Of a stretch of DNA of 64,000 bases, positions 36,274 to 49,000 are shown in pieces (position 1 is the stretch's first letter; every line of letters starts with the position of its first letter). This stretch comes from Phoronis australis. Its lineage: Eukaryota > Animalia > Phoronida. The translations under genes were made by a program, and so were the position numbers. The notes beneath the pieces were generated by a model. That model did no database searches and was not told the origin of the DNA. It saw only the letters and a list, made by a program, of their open reading frames with translations. The stretch spans positions 91,067 through 155,066 of the forward strand of contig NMRA01000608.1 in assembly GCA_002633005.1 (NCBI GenBank). The letters run 5' to 3'.

Positions 36274-39200
36274 CATTGGTTTTAGAGCAAAAGTTGGAGA
36301 AAGCTTCGTTTACAACGTACTACCTCGTTCCAGGAATGTTAAATTCGCAAAACTTTGCACGAATAATACTGTCTACTAGTATTAAGTACTTTACTGACAA
36401 GCATTCATGTGATCTTCAAGTTTTCCATATTCGCCCTTCCGATTCCAGTAAATGCTAATGATTTTAACCCGCTCGCATTCTTCGGGTTGTTTGAATACCA
36501 CCTGTTGATACTGTCCCATCTTGCATGAAAGTTTCGTTATTTTTCAAGACGGCTGGAAAGTCAGCCTAACCCCGTTGAATTGCTGTTTACCCGTCCCTTG
36601 TAAAATTCGTGTGGCCTTGCCTGTGATTCGTTCAGAAACCACTCCGCTCAGTGGTGTCTTGTAGTTGGACAATGCTTCTCTTCCTTAACCGGGAAAACCG
36701 GTGTCGCCGTAGGCCTCGTGATATCTCAAAGTTGACCTAAGCTCCTATTGCGTTGTACACGGCAATTATCGCGTAAGCATTTTTTCACCGCAACAAAATA
36801 CTGGCTGAAATAAATTGAAGAGGATAGAAACTGGTATTAGTGACGTGTTTTGCTTCCGAAATCAAATTCCTTGTGAAAATTAGTGTAGATTTCTTCTTTT
36901 TCGGAAGAAATACGGTAAAAATTGGCCAAAACGCAACGACGGGTTTTTACTAGATGACAACAGTTTCGAGTCGATGCGTGTTTAAATTTCGACATTTGTC
37001 ATTTGCATCGCAACATCGGACGAAGACAGAGTTTGGCGATTGAAAAAAAGGTTGAAATCAGATCCCTAAACGGGAGTCAGTTGTAACTAGTACAAGCAGT
37101 GGCAGCGGCTCAATGCTAAACCGTTACTGGATGTGATGAAGAAATAGATAATCGTGAACTGGCTCCGCATCAAAATCGACAGGACATTGAAGAAACCGAC
37201 CCGTTAAAATTAGATCAATTTAAAAGGTGTAGGTTTCCGCCAAAAATACGAGAATCCAGTACTGAGCAAGATCACAGATTCGTGTATTAGCTCTGATCTA
37301 AATTAGAGCCGAGAAGTTAAAAGTTCGGTTCAAAAGTGAATAATTCGAAAACACACTGGCATAACAACTGGTTTTACTTAACTGCATTAGCTCAAGGCAT
37401 CTTGTTAAAACTCTACGTAAGTAGATTAATAAGGGAGTTCCCTTTCAGTCGTCACAGGCAGGTGGGAACTGTCACTGATGGGTAACAGGCCTGTGATTTT
37501 AAAATAGAACGACTTTTTAAGCGAATACCTACTCTACCAAATTATCATCCACAGAGACCCTACTGTTAGAGGGAGTGTCTAAACACCCAAGGTCTAGTAG
37601 TATGGAGCCAAGCCTACTAAACAAAAAAAAAAAAACACTACTCATATTTCATTTGTGAATATCTACAGGACCCCCCGGGAGGTGAAACTTCTGGAACAGA
37701 AACACCTATAATACTTTTCATAATCATTTTTAGAGTGGTTTGGCCGACAGAGAGGCCATTGCAAAAAAAAAGTGAAAACGACCACTAGGAGGCATAGAAT
37801 ACTTCGAATCCATCCTATCTGCCAAAATTTCATGAAAATACGTCAAGGAACTGCGAAGATACGAAGACAAATGCAAAACAACTTTAAAATTACCACTAGG
37901 GGGCACACAGGGTCCATCCAAAAATTCGCCCATTCCGTCCCATCCATGGCACGAACAGTGTAGACCTTCTAAACTTCACAACAACGATCGACAAGTTTTA
38001 GAGATACAGTAGCGGACGACGGCCCACCGGGGCTGTATGGCAACATAATGCACAATGCAACCACCCACAAGGCACACACCCGCCTGCCCACCCACCCACA
38101 TACACACGGTATAAATTTGGGAGCACGAAAATATCCAGGCTGGATAAATGGTACTTTCAGTCTACAATGGTAAAATCTCCATACCAAAAACTGAAATTGA
38201 GCAATTCCATAAACAAATACAACTGTTTCATGTGCAGCATGCAGCATCTAAATGAACAAGTTCACAGGAAAACTAGACCAATTATGAAGTGGGTTTACGA
38301 ATAGTCGTGCTAAACTAGTAAACATACGCAGCACTTCCACCATCAAGTCGGAATAAATGTCTGGATTGATAGCCAACAATTTCACGGAAATTATTTACTG
38401 ACACGATTCATGCCCTCACACCTAGCACCAAAACAATCCTTGCGTCCACGTCGAGTCATCAGACACCGGAGTTCAATCTTCGTACTCGAAATTATTTTTG
38501 GGTATTTTGTGTACTACGTTTGTGGGAGCTCAAGATATGTGGCTATCAGTTTGTGCTCGAGTATGGTAAATGCATACAACTTTCCAGCTAACGTTTGCAC
38601 TTGTTGAACTCTGTATTTGTACTGCAAACTCGGTAAAAACTTGAAATTTCCAGTTCGGTCTCGACCTTTTAGCCTAAACGGTGAGGCCATAAAGCGCAAG
38701 TTAGGATTAGAAAGTTATCCACGCAATCCATTATGTACTTGAGCATGTTATAACAGACACTCATCTAAGGTTCTCACAAAACTAGAATAGAAAACGCCAA
38801 ATAATTTCGAGTAAGGATCAGATCACGGGCCCCAATGTAACGTGATCAATCTCAATACAGAACAGCTGGAGTCCTCAAACCTGTCATAGTTTTATGTTAT
38901 CATTTTATGAAGGAATTTATGGTTTGCACATAGACATTAACCAAAGCTCTGTTGAGGGACCCGGGTCTAATCTATCTACTCTAAATGATTTGTGGCATTT
39001 TCCACTCTACTTTCGTGTAAACTCAAAATAAGCGTGTCTATTAGTCTCTGCCCAACTACCTTATGCTTTATGTTTACCAGTTTTAACTCCACGTCTCCAC
39101 ATGGCGACCCCTAGATTCCAACTAAAAACTACAGTGAAAGTTCGATTCTTCATGAAAAAAAATTAAAAGTTTAGAGTTCAGACTTGAACGTTTGGCACTA

Positions 39201-39528
39201 ATGCTGGTGTCACTAGTGCAAACTGAAACTAGACAGTTTGCCACCCAAACCATTACGTATTGCTTGGAATAAAGCGCTGACCTCAGCACAAATTAGAATT
39301 AATAATTTCAAGTTGGATTTCCAGTAAACAAGTTGGACCCAGAGCCCCAAAAGTTTCAGTTTGGATAAGCTGTGACGGTCAACTTTTGAAAGCTAGTTAC
39401 AGCTAATTAGCTACTTAAAAATGTCGTTTGAGAATCATCTACATTGAATGAAATCACAATTATCAAATCTATGATTTCAACCTTTAACTGGATTGATAAA
39501 AAACTTTGAGACTTAATGGAAATCTCAT

Positions 39529-39534
39529 TTTATT
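39529..39534 (-). terminator. Putative polyadenylation signal of DDX18
   Basis: AATAAA on the minus strand about 480 nt after the stop codon. Confidence 0.5.
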
Positions 39535-40016
39535 GGACAATACATTGTGTATGTGTACATAGGCAGAGCATAGTTGTCAATGATCCCTCCCGGGATGTCC
39601 CTAAAACGATTACTGTAATTTAAGTTGGCGTCATAAGATAAATTCCAACACAGGCTTGGAAATATAACATTCAAATGAGGAACTGGAAAAACCAGGTTCC
39701 TTGTGATTTGGTTGGACTGCAAAACATGCAAAGACAGGTTAAGCATGATAAAAAGATTTCATATTCAATTTCAGGTACTGTGTACAATACAATATACTCA
39801 GTTGATATCTTGAAGCTCATCAAATGATGGGCATAAAACATCTGTACAATTGCCTTGGGAGTATCTTCCACACACTGACCCCCGTCCAGACACACTGACC
39901 ACAGTCCAGGCACAATAACTGCTTCTCTATACAGTCATAACATGACAAATTTTCGGCAGCAGAAATTATTTACTAAAAATAAATAGAACACTTTTAAGTC
40001 AAGCACAGCTGCCCGG

Positions 40017-43000
40017 TCATCTGGTGAAGCTGCCTTTCTTCTTGTCACCCTTGAAGATCTTTGATTTGTGCTTCCCCTTAGGCCTGTGAACACCATAGCC
40101 CCCGCCCCCTCCCCTACGCTGGATCTTCTTGCCTTTACTGCTGTGCACATCTGATTGGTAGTCAAGGGCAACCACATATAGAGGAAAGTAGATCAACACA
40201 GTCATTGGATAACTCACTTCCACAATCAACATCAGATGGGAACAAGTATGGACAAATGAGACACCTACTGTAAGCAATATTGATACTCCTAACATTTGCA
40301 TGTCCACCATTTTTAAAAACTAGAATGAAAAATTAAACAGAGACTGTGCAGCCAGAAATCAAGGTCAATAATATGTACAAATTTCCTTTACCAGCAATTT
40401 TCACTTTCTTTACCAACAAAATTACATAGATCTAAATATGGCATTAATCTAGTTAAATTTGGGGAAGTTTGGTCAAGCTTATACGTATGTCACTTCATTT
40501 GATATTCTGTCAATCTTAAATTTCCTTGTTCCCTTACTAATCCTTGGCGGCTTAGCTTGAAAGACACCCCGTGAGTAAAGTGAATCGGTATCTTTTTTCA
40601 ACATTGAATTTCGAGCTTGAAAAAACTTGCTTCTTAGTAACCACTGATGGGCAAGCTTGAATGACATTGTTGATCAGAGGCATAATGCAAGCTTACTATC
40701 TAGCAAATTCTGTTGCACAGCAAAACTATTTTTTATAACCAGTTCTCAAAATAAACACATCTCATGGCCTGCTTGTGCATGACAATGTAGCTCGTGTGGT
40801 ATAACCCAAGAGCACTAAACTAAGAACATCTAATATTGGCCAACGTTGAACAATATTGATCAAGCTTGAACAATATTATTCAAACTTGACCAATATTGTT
40901 CAAGCTTGACAAATATTGTTCAAGGTTGAACAATGTTGTGTAGTTTTAGCCAGGTTAATCTTGCTAAGCTCCACAAATTTAAACGAGACAACATCAAGCA
41001 CATTAAAAAGGATACCCAAGTCCACAAATGGAGGAACTTTGAAGCCGAACGACAATGCCACCTTTTGGAGATCAAGCTTGTTGACGTCAAAGATGGACTT
41101 GAGGCTGTGCGATGCGTAGGCTCGTACAAACGATTTATATCCTTCTTGGGCAGACTTGTGTAAGAAGTAGTTCTTTTCTATCAGTTTTTCCAACTATCAA
41201 CAGAAACGTGCAAACGTTTAACACAATGATCATTGTGTGAAATACTGAAACACAAGGACGGCCTTCAACAATTCCACTCAAGCCGTGTCAGTTGACCACG
41301 TGGGACCTAGCTGTACAGAAGTTATTTTGTCTTTGCAGCGGGTGGCATAGGGGAACAGTTTGACTTTGTGAAAAGACCCTTTTACAATGTTTATGATTAG
41401 AAGTGATTTGCTTTAAACAGAAGTTATAAAGTGCCCCCGCATCCGCTTGTCATCCGGTCCCACGTAATGAGATGGCACGTTGGTGTTTGAAAGTGTTTCA
41501 TCGTGCTGGTGGCAGACTCACGGCATTGCTTTAGAGCCACAAGTTTTTGGAACTCGGATTTATAGCGAACAAAAGATGCCACGTTATTATTTCTGGGCCA
41601 ATTTGGATACTTCAAAACGAACTTTGAATAACTTTTTACAACCAAGACAGATACGCTAACACAAACGGAATAGGCAGAAACAGTGCTTCAGTAAAGTCAG
41701 GCAAGGTTGGTTTTCATCATGAGTTAACCTAACTTGGAGAGAAAGTCCACTCTCAGTGTAATGATGTCTCTGCTCTCACAACAGAAAAATAAATGGGTAA
41801 AGTAAGATGTGCACCAAAACAAAGAAACCAGTGCGACTTCGTACCTCAGGTTGGTTTTAAATTCCGCGTATTTGACTGTCAAATAAATCACTTTTTTCCA
41901 AAAATAACCAGCCTTACAAAAAAAAAACAAAGAAAAACACTAGACCTTGCAGTACTCAAATATAAAAGATTTCTGAAACAATTAACCGTCCACCACTTAA
42001 AGATAGACATACACACTCAAAAAAGTCAAAAAGTCCTGCTCCTCAACTTCCAAACTTGTTCCATGAATAAACAACACAGTAACAGCAAAACCCATGTCTG
42101 CTACGTGACAATCCAAAGCACTCCAGTAGATCTATATGTAACAATCAATAGAATTTTTCAAGTTTTCATGTCACAGACAAAACAAGGAGAATGTGTGAAG
42201 ATGACTGAATCTCAAACGACAACACAACTTAACTTACATCACTAAATGAATCTACAGTAAGGCGCATACCTGAGGCTGAATATTGGACACTTTACTCCAC
42301 GAGAATTCAAATTCACTAAGGGGCACCCTAGCTTGCTTTAGGTATCTTAGGAAGCCCAGCTCATCAGGTCGTAGTATCAACAAAGCGTGCCCGACCCCAC
42401 CCTCTCCACGAGCTGTACGGCCAACACGATGAATGTACTCCTACAAACACATGAATGAAAGACACACATTAATTTCCCAAATATGAGCAATATGAAGTGT
42501 TGATATGCACCCACCGTTTGCATTGCATATAGCGCAAATACAAGAGATAATCATTATTTAAACATACCCACTTAACGGAGCAATGATAGAAAACTCAATG
42601 ATGGCCTCCAGGGGGAGCGAAGCAAGTCAGAAACGCTCTCCTAATGGGAAAACCATTTGCCACCTTTCACCATCACCATTTTCAAGAAGTTTACAGGACA
42701 GGGAGGCAGATGACAAAGGACAAAAACCAATAGAAAAGCCACTAGGGGGTGCAGCAAAGGTCAAATCCATCTGAAATGTGGTCGGTGCTATTGTGTGCAG
42801 TTGGACATGTTAAAAAATCAGTGTCAGTCAAACATTTCTCACTAGGAACACAAACACCAATTTTCATGATGATCCTTAGTGTGATCTGACAGTCTCAAAA
42901 ATAACAAAAATTGCCAATAGGTGGCAAACAATACATCCAATAAATACCAGAATGGAAATGTGTTATCGTCTACAAAAGACCTATTTGCAAAGTTTCATGA

Positions 43001-46000
43001 AAATTCCTCAAGAACCTCCACAGATATGGATGAAAACTAGGGGGCACAACGGTAACTGGATTAGTACAAATTAAAGCTGTCGTCACTTGTCACGGTCCTA
43101 GAAAAACGATTAAACCTAAAAATAATAAAAATGGTCACTAAGTGACGTGCAATATGTCAAACTTATCTTAAAGTGGAGGGGGTATCATCACCTCCTTAAT
43201 AGAAACCTATTCGCAAATTTAATGAAAACCCACCAGAGGAAAATGTTAAAAAAATAAGATTGCCTCTAAGAGGCACAGTTGTAGTTGGATACGTCTGAAA
43301 GTTGTCCCTATCAGTCGTCAGTTACAATTGCTAAATTTAACAAAGTTCTGGCAAGAGGTTCTGATGAGATACAGCTGCGGACGTAAAAAATAAACTGTTA
43401 CTAGCAGGCACCACATTAGTCAGAGACATCCATAAATCATTGGTAATTGTCTTCTTCTCAGTGGGAACACATACACCAATTTTCATTACCATCTTTTGAG
43501 AGGCTTGGCTACAAGAGAGGCAAATGCTAAAAATAGAAAACATAAAAAATGTGAGGACACAAGGACAAACAAAAATGGCTATAAGCACTCGAGTACCTAG
43601 TACCTAGAACTCACCCGTGGCTCATCTGGAGGGTCATACTGTACAATCCAGTCAACAAAGGGAATGTCCAGCCCACGCGCCGCCACGTCCGTGCACAACA
43701 AGATGGCCTCCTTGGCGTTACAAAACTGGAAGAACGTCTGCGTCCGCTTGGTTTGCTTCTGTTTCCCCTGTAACACAAACGCTTCACTAGAGACACCTGG
43801 TGTTTGGTTGAGGGTCAAAGAAACTATCAATATAGACGGGAAGATGTAGCAGGAGTGAAGTAAATATCATAGCATTTATAAAATAGTTGACCTTGACCTT
43901 TAGTGATAGCTTTATTTCTCATAAGAGTCAAAAATAATAATCATTTGCAACTTCTTATTCAGTTGTTCAAAATTTATTATTGAGGAAGTCTTCTAGAACA
44001 CTAATTTATTGTAGATTTTAAAAGACATGGTAAAAACCATGGAGTTGAAATGCCGACTCCAATATCATTGACGAAATAGGGATGGATAAAAAAATGAAAT
44101 TATTGCTTGCTTCCTTGTTTAGTTAATTTTAAAACGTACATTTGAAAATTACAGAAACAGCTTGTTCACAACACACAAAGTGCGATGACCAAGCACTAAC
44201 ACGACAGACTTACATGAATGCACATGACTGGCAGATCAATATAATTAAGCAGTTCGTGGTGAAACTTGACTGCCAGACAGGAGTTCATGAAGACCATCAC
44301 CTTCTTGTGGCGATTTTTCTTGAGGAACGTAAACAGTAACAGGAAACGCTTGTCTGATGGACACACGACATAGCCCTGAAACGATGAGACATGTCAACGA
44401 TGGCTACATGACATGGTCCAGAAATGAAGATACGCCTCAACGATGGGTGCACAACATATGCAAACTTCTTGTCTGAAAACTATTTTATGTACTTCTGTAT
44501 AAGATGCAACTAATTGCAAGTTCTCAGCAACTTTTTAACATTTTTACACTCAAGTTAAAACTAAATGGTATTGAGCAAAACACAGGTTACATGAAGCTGC
44601 GCCTATGTTAGCAACAGGCACATGGGCCCATATGCAAAACACTTGACTACAACAAAAGCAAATTGCAAAATTGCACGTGAATGAAGGTTAACTTAACTGT
44701 TTCAAACAGTAGACATGCATTCAAATAGAGCATAAACTCTTCAAATGTAAAGTACAGCAGTTAGACAATAACGCACACTTTAACGTAGGCACAAGCCAGG
44801 ACTAGCCATCAGCACCTTAAGATGAAACTTGTATGCAAAGGCTTGAATATGCGCACACACTGTACAACAATTCAATCACAATTCCAGAGATCAATAGTAC
44901 AAAGGTTGTATCACATTTTCTTTTTGCTACCAAACTCACCAACAAACCTTTTTCGTACAGGCACGAATCGGGGAACACCACATGACTGCTGATAGAATTG
45001 CTGACTATCGTTCAACACTTAGTCAATATACAGGGGCCCCCTTACTAAAGGAGTCTATCAACAGAGCCTTACTACAGACAATCAAAGCACGGCCACAGAT
45101 TCAGACATCAGTGAAAAAACACTAAGCGGTCATTAGTCAACCTACAGGCGTACCCTTACTAAAGGAAGGTCTCACTAATGCCTCAGCACAGACTGACAAA
45201 AATGACGACAAAAAGCTTGACTTACTTGTTCCAAGCCTTCAACTGTTGCCATGTCTCTCTTGTCATCCACACCGATATACAGTGGTTCCTTTTTTAATGA
45301 TAACTTGGCCAAGTCCTCAATCTTTCTTGTCTGTGTTGCAGAAAATAACATGGTCTGCCTCCTTTCTGAAATTATGGTAAAGGTAATACAGATCAAAAGT
45401 TATGGTAAAAGGTAACAAAGGTCAAAGGCTATGAAAAAAGTAATACAGGTCAAAGGTTAAGAAATTTGATGATTGTCTTTATCGGAGTCCTCTGGGAGTC
45501 ATCATATTATGCAAACTACAGCAAAACCTTTTCACTTTGGGTACGAAGTAATCGCTAAAATTGTCCCTTTCTACTGTTCAAAGGCTTCCCAAGTTGCTGC
45601 GAGACTAAAAATCAATCAAATGTCGCACCACGATAGTTGTATTGTACAAACCATGCAATGAACAAACTATGTAAAAATCTTCTAATTTTACAGAGATAAG
45701 AAGTAGTGCGAACTCGAAGCCCTGATATAAATTTGACTAAGGAACACTTTGAGAGCAATTTTACAATGGTCAGTGGTCTAAACCAAAAGATGTTGTTTTT
45801 TACTGTGAAAGGCATGCTTCTAACCGCTTTAACTAACAAATTTTCACCGGAAGCTACACAAAATTATCTTGAAAACTTGGTATAATTTGTACAGCAAAGC
45901 ATACACTACTGCGGTTACGACATTCATTTCCTGTCTGTAACCTATGCTCGTCACCCTACATTGTACTTACTAGGCAATAGCTTAACTATCTGTTTCATTT

Positions 46001-49000
46001 CTTCCTCAAACCCAATGTCCAGGATACGGTCTGCCTCATCTATAATCAGGCACTGAAGGTTTTTACACATGAACTCTTGTGTATTCTGAAAAAAGTGGAG
46101 GATTATGAAGAACACTTGAGGACAGTGAAGCTGGCTCAAACAACGCAGTGCAGAGACTGCAACATCTCCAAAAAAAATTCTTAAGGAGCAGGGAATGTTA
46201 CTAACAGATGTTTTTATAAATTAGGGCAAAAAATGTCACTTGTTATTCAAGCTTTTAATATGGTGGTAAAAACATGCAATAAGACTGGGTGAAAGACACA
46301 CTACCAATGAAGACACACTGTTTTGTATTACCAAGAAATACACAAGGTTGCGTCACTTCACCAGTCTGTGCCATTGAATAAAGCCGCCTTAGCTTGCCTC
46401 ACAACCACGGGCAGCCCCGCCTGGCCACAATATGTAGATGCCTCTGGATAGTTTCTTGTCCTCCTTACCTGTAGTTGACCCAACATACAACCAGGTGTGA
46501 CCACAATTATGCTGAAGTCCTTGGACGATTTCTCGTCTCCTTGCCTGTAAGTGATCCAGTAGTCAAAAAGGCCTGGCCACAATTAATGTGTCCCCTATCT
46601 GTAAGTGATCTACCAACTGACCAGGAGTGGCCACCAATATGTTGATACCCCGGGACAGTTTCTTATCCACCTACCTGCAAGTGATCCAACAGCCGACCAG
46701 GCGTTGCCACCAATATGTTGATGCCCTTGGACAATTTCTTAGCTTCCTCCTGCCTGTTGGTACCGCCCATAATTAGGCCATAGGTGTGGCAGTGATATTT
46801 CAACAGTTCTTTGAGAACACCAAATGTCTGCATAGACAACTCCCTAGTAGGTGAGATGACTATAACACCTGTTCCATTCCGAGGCATGAATTTCAGTTTA
46901 TACATTAATTCCACAGCAGGGATCAAAAATGCCAACGTCTTTCCACTACCTGTGCGTGCAGCTGCAAGTATGTCCCTGGGAGAAAACAAGAAGCCTCATT
47001 TTAAATAAAGAGATGCACACACGTTGTTAAAATTACCAGGAGGAGCAATTGATTACTAAGACTTGATTCTCCTGCTAGTTCATCTGTTGTTAACAAACAT
47101 TGTAATATGTTTTAAAAACTTCCCTTAAGGTTATTATGTAGTTGGCTAAAAAGATTTCAAAACAACTTCAGTAACTTTGAGATGTGTGTCCAGAGTAATG
47201 CACCAGATGGCGCTACTTTGACAACACATAGCTGTAACAAGGCTCTAAGTCCTGTTCACTTCAAATCATGCTTTCTGAAAAATACTACAAGACGTAGTTC
47301 CACTGCCATTGCACCTCTTACCGTCCTTCCAACAAATGTGGTATAGTCTTGGATTGAATTTCTGTCATGTGTGTAAAGCCCATATCAGCAACACCCTTTA
47401 AAGAATGATCACACACTTTCTCCTTTAGACTGTTGAACGATGTATCCGACAGGATTCCCATACCAAGACTTGTTCCTGGCACTAAAAAAACATGCACAGT
47501 ATTAGAGAGCTTCTCCATAATTGTAGTTGCATCAAACAGTCAAAACACAATTATAATTACTGTAAATAAAAACGAGTACGCATATATAACTAGACCTTAA
47601 TTAGTCACATGCTCTGGCAATGAGGTATACACGGTGTCATAGATCCAACGAAGCTCATTGTATCAATGTGAACATTTCCTGCCATTAACTTGACTTATTT
47701 CAGTTAAAAGTATGCTATTTTGACTTGCCTTGAGACCTACTAAGCACTACATGGAAGATGGTGTTTTATATTATGAACCACAGACAACACATTGTTCCAC
47801 AGATAGTGTGTAAAGTCACACATACTATGAACTGTGGGAAGTCAACACTGCTTTGAACTGGAAAGAAAATGCCTCATACATGCCATATAGCTAACTACAC
47901 AAAAGGTGTGAAGGTTCAGGCAAGATTGGCAGTTAGCAAGGAATCAAAAAAAATTACCTTCCCATACATGTCTACATTTCTATACACCTCTACCTACCCA
48001 TACATGTCTACCTACCCACACATCTCTACCTACCCACACATCTCTACCTACCCATGCACCTCTACCTACCTACCCACACATCTCTACCTACCCATGCACC
48101 TCTACCTACCTACCCACACATCTCTACCTACCCACGCACCTCTACCTACCAATACACTTCTACTTTAGAGACATCAGTCAAAAGAAAAGTTGGAACAAAT
48201 ACGAGATGTCAGTGATGCGCAATTTGTACACCAAACTACTCACACTGTTCAGAATCACCCTGACCACCCTGATGTGATGCAGTGTCGTCACCATCACTGG
48301 TGTCATTGTCCCCGTCTTGCGGTGTACACTCAGGCCCATCATTGTTGCCACTCCCGTTTAAGTCATTTTCTTCCTTCACAGCATAATTCACACCAACCTT
48401 CAGCTTCTTTGATTTCACTAAAAAGTTAACAAAACAGGTGTGTTTTCAATAAAACATAGACACCTGCATAGAACACAAAGAACAGCAATTGATTCATATT
48501 TCACTTGATCTAGCTAACAAGGTCATATATAATGGCAAACTGATTCAACAGGACTAGAACAATGTAGATTACGGAAGGGTGAAGGCAGGTTGCAGTGTAA
48601 CATTAGATACTACTCTACTCGTTTGTCACTTAAATCAAGAAACATGGTGAGTGTAAAACTGAGTGTTCAACAGAACATAGTGGCTTAAAATCAGTACAGT
48701 GGGAGCTTAGCCAAACGTTTGTATGAACTTAAAGCTAGATCACAGCAGCATACCACATATAGACATACCTAGGCAACAAGTGATAATATTTTTACTAGCA
48801 AAATGTTTGTTTGAATAAAACGCAATAATTCAGATACAGAGACCTAAGCCTAAATAAGCGTACACACGGTAAGTTTCACACGCAAGGAATGAAGAGGCAT
48901 GACATTAAAGAGAAAATGTACTTTGTAAACTAAGGAATAAACAATTTGTTAACATCTCTCCTAGTCTACAAAACATACAAGAATTTACCCAGGACTGATG

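Noticed and set aside
41793-42245. 150-aa plus-strand ORF
   Set aside because: It is antisense within a DDX18 intron, has low-complexity A-rich composition and no recognisable domain.
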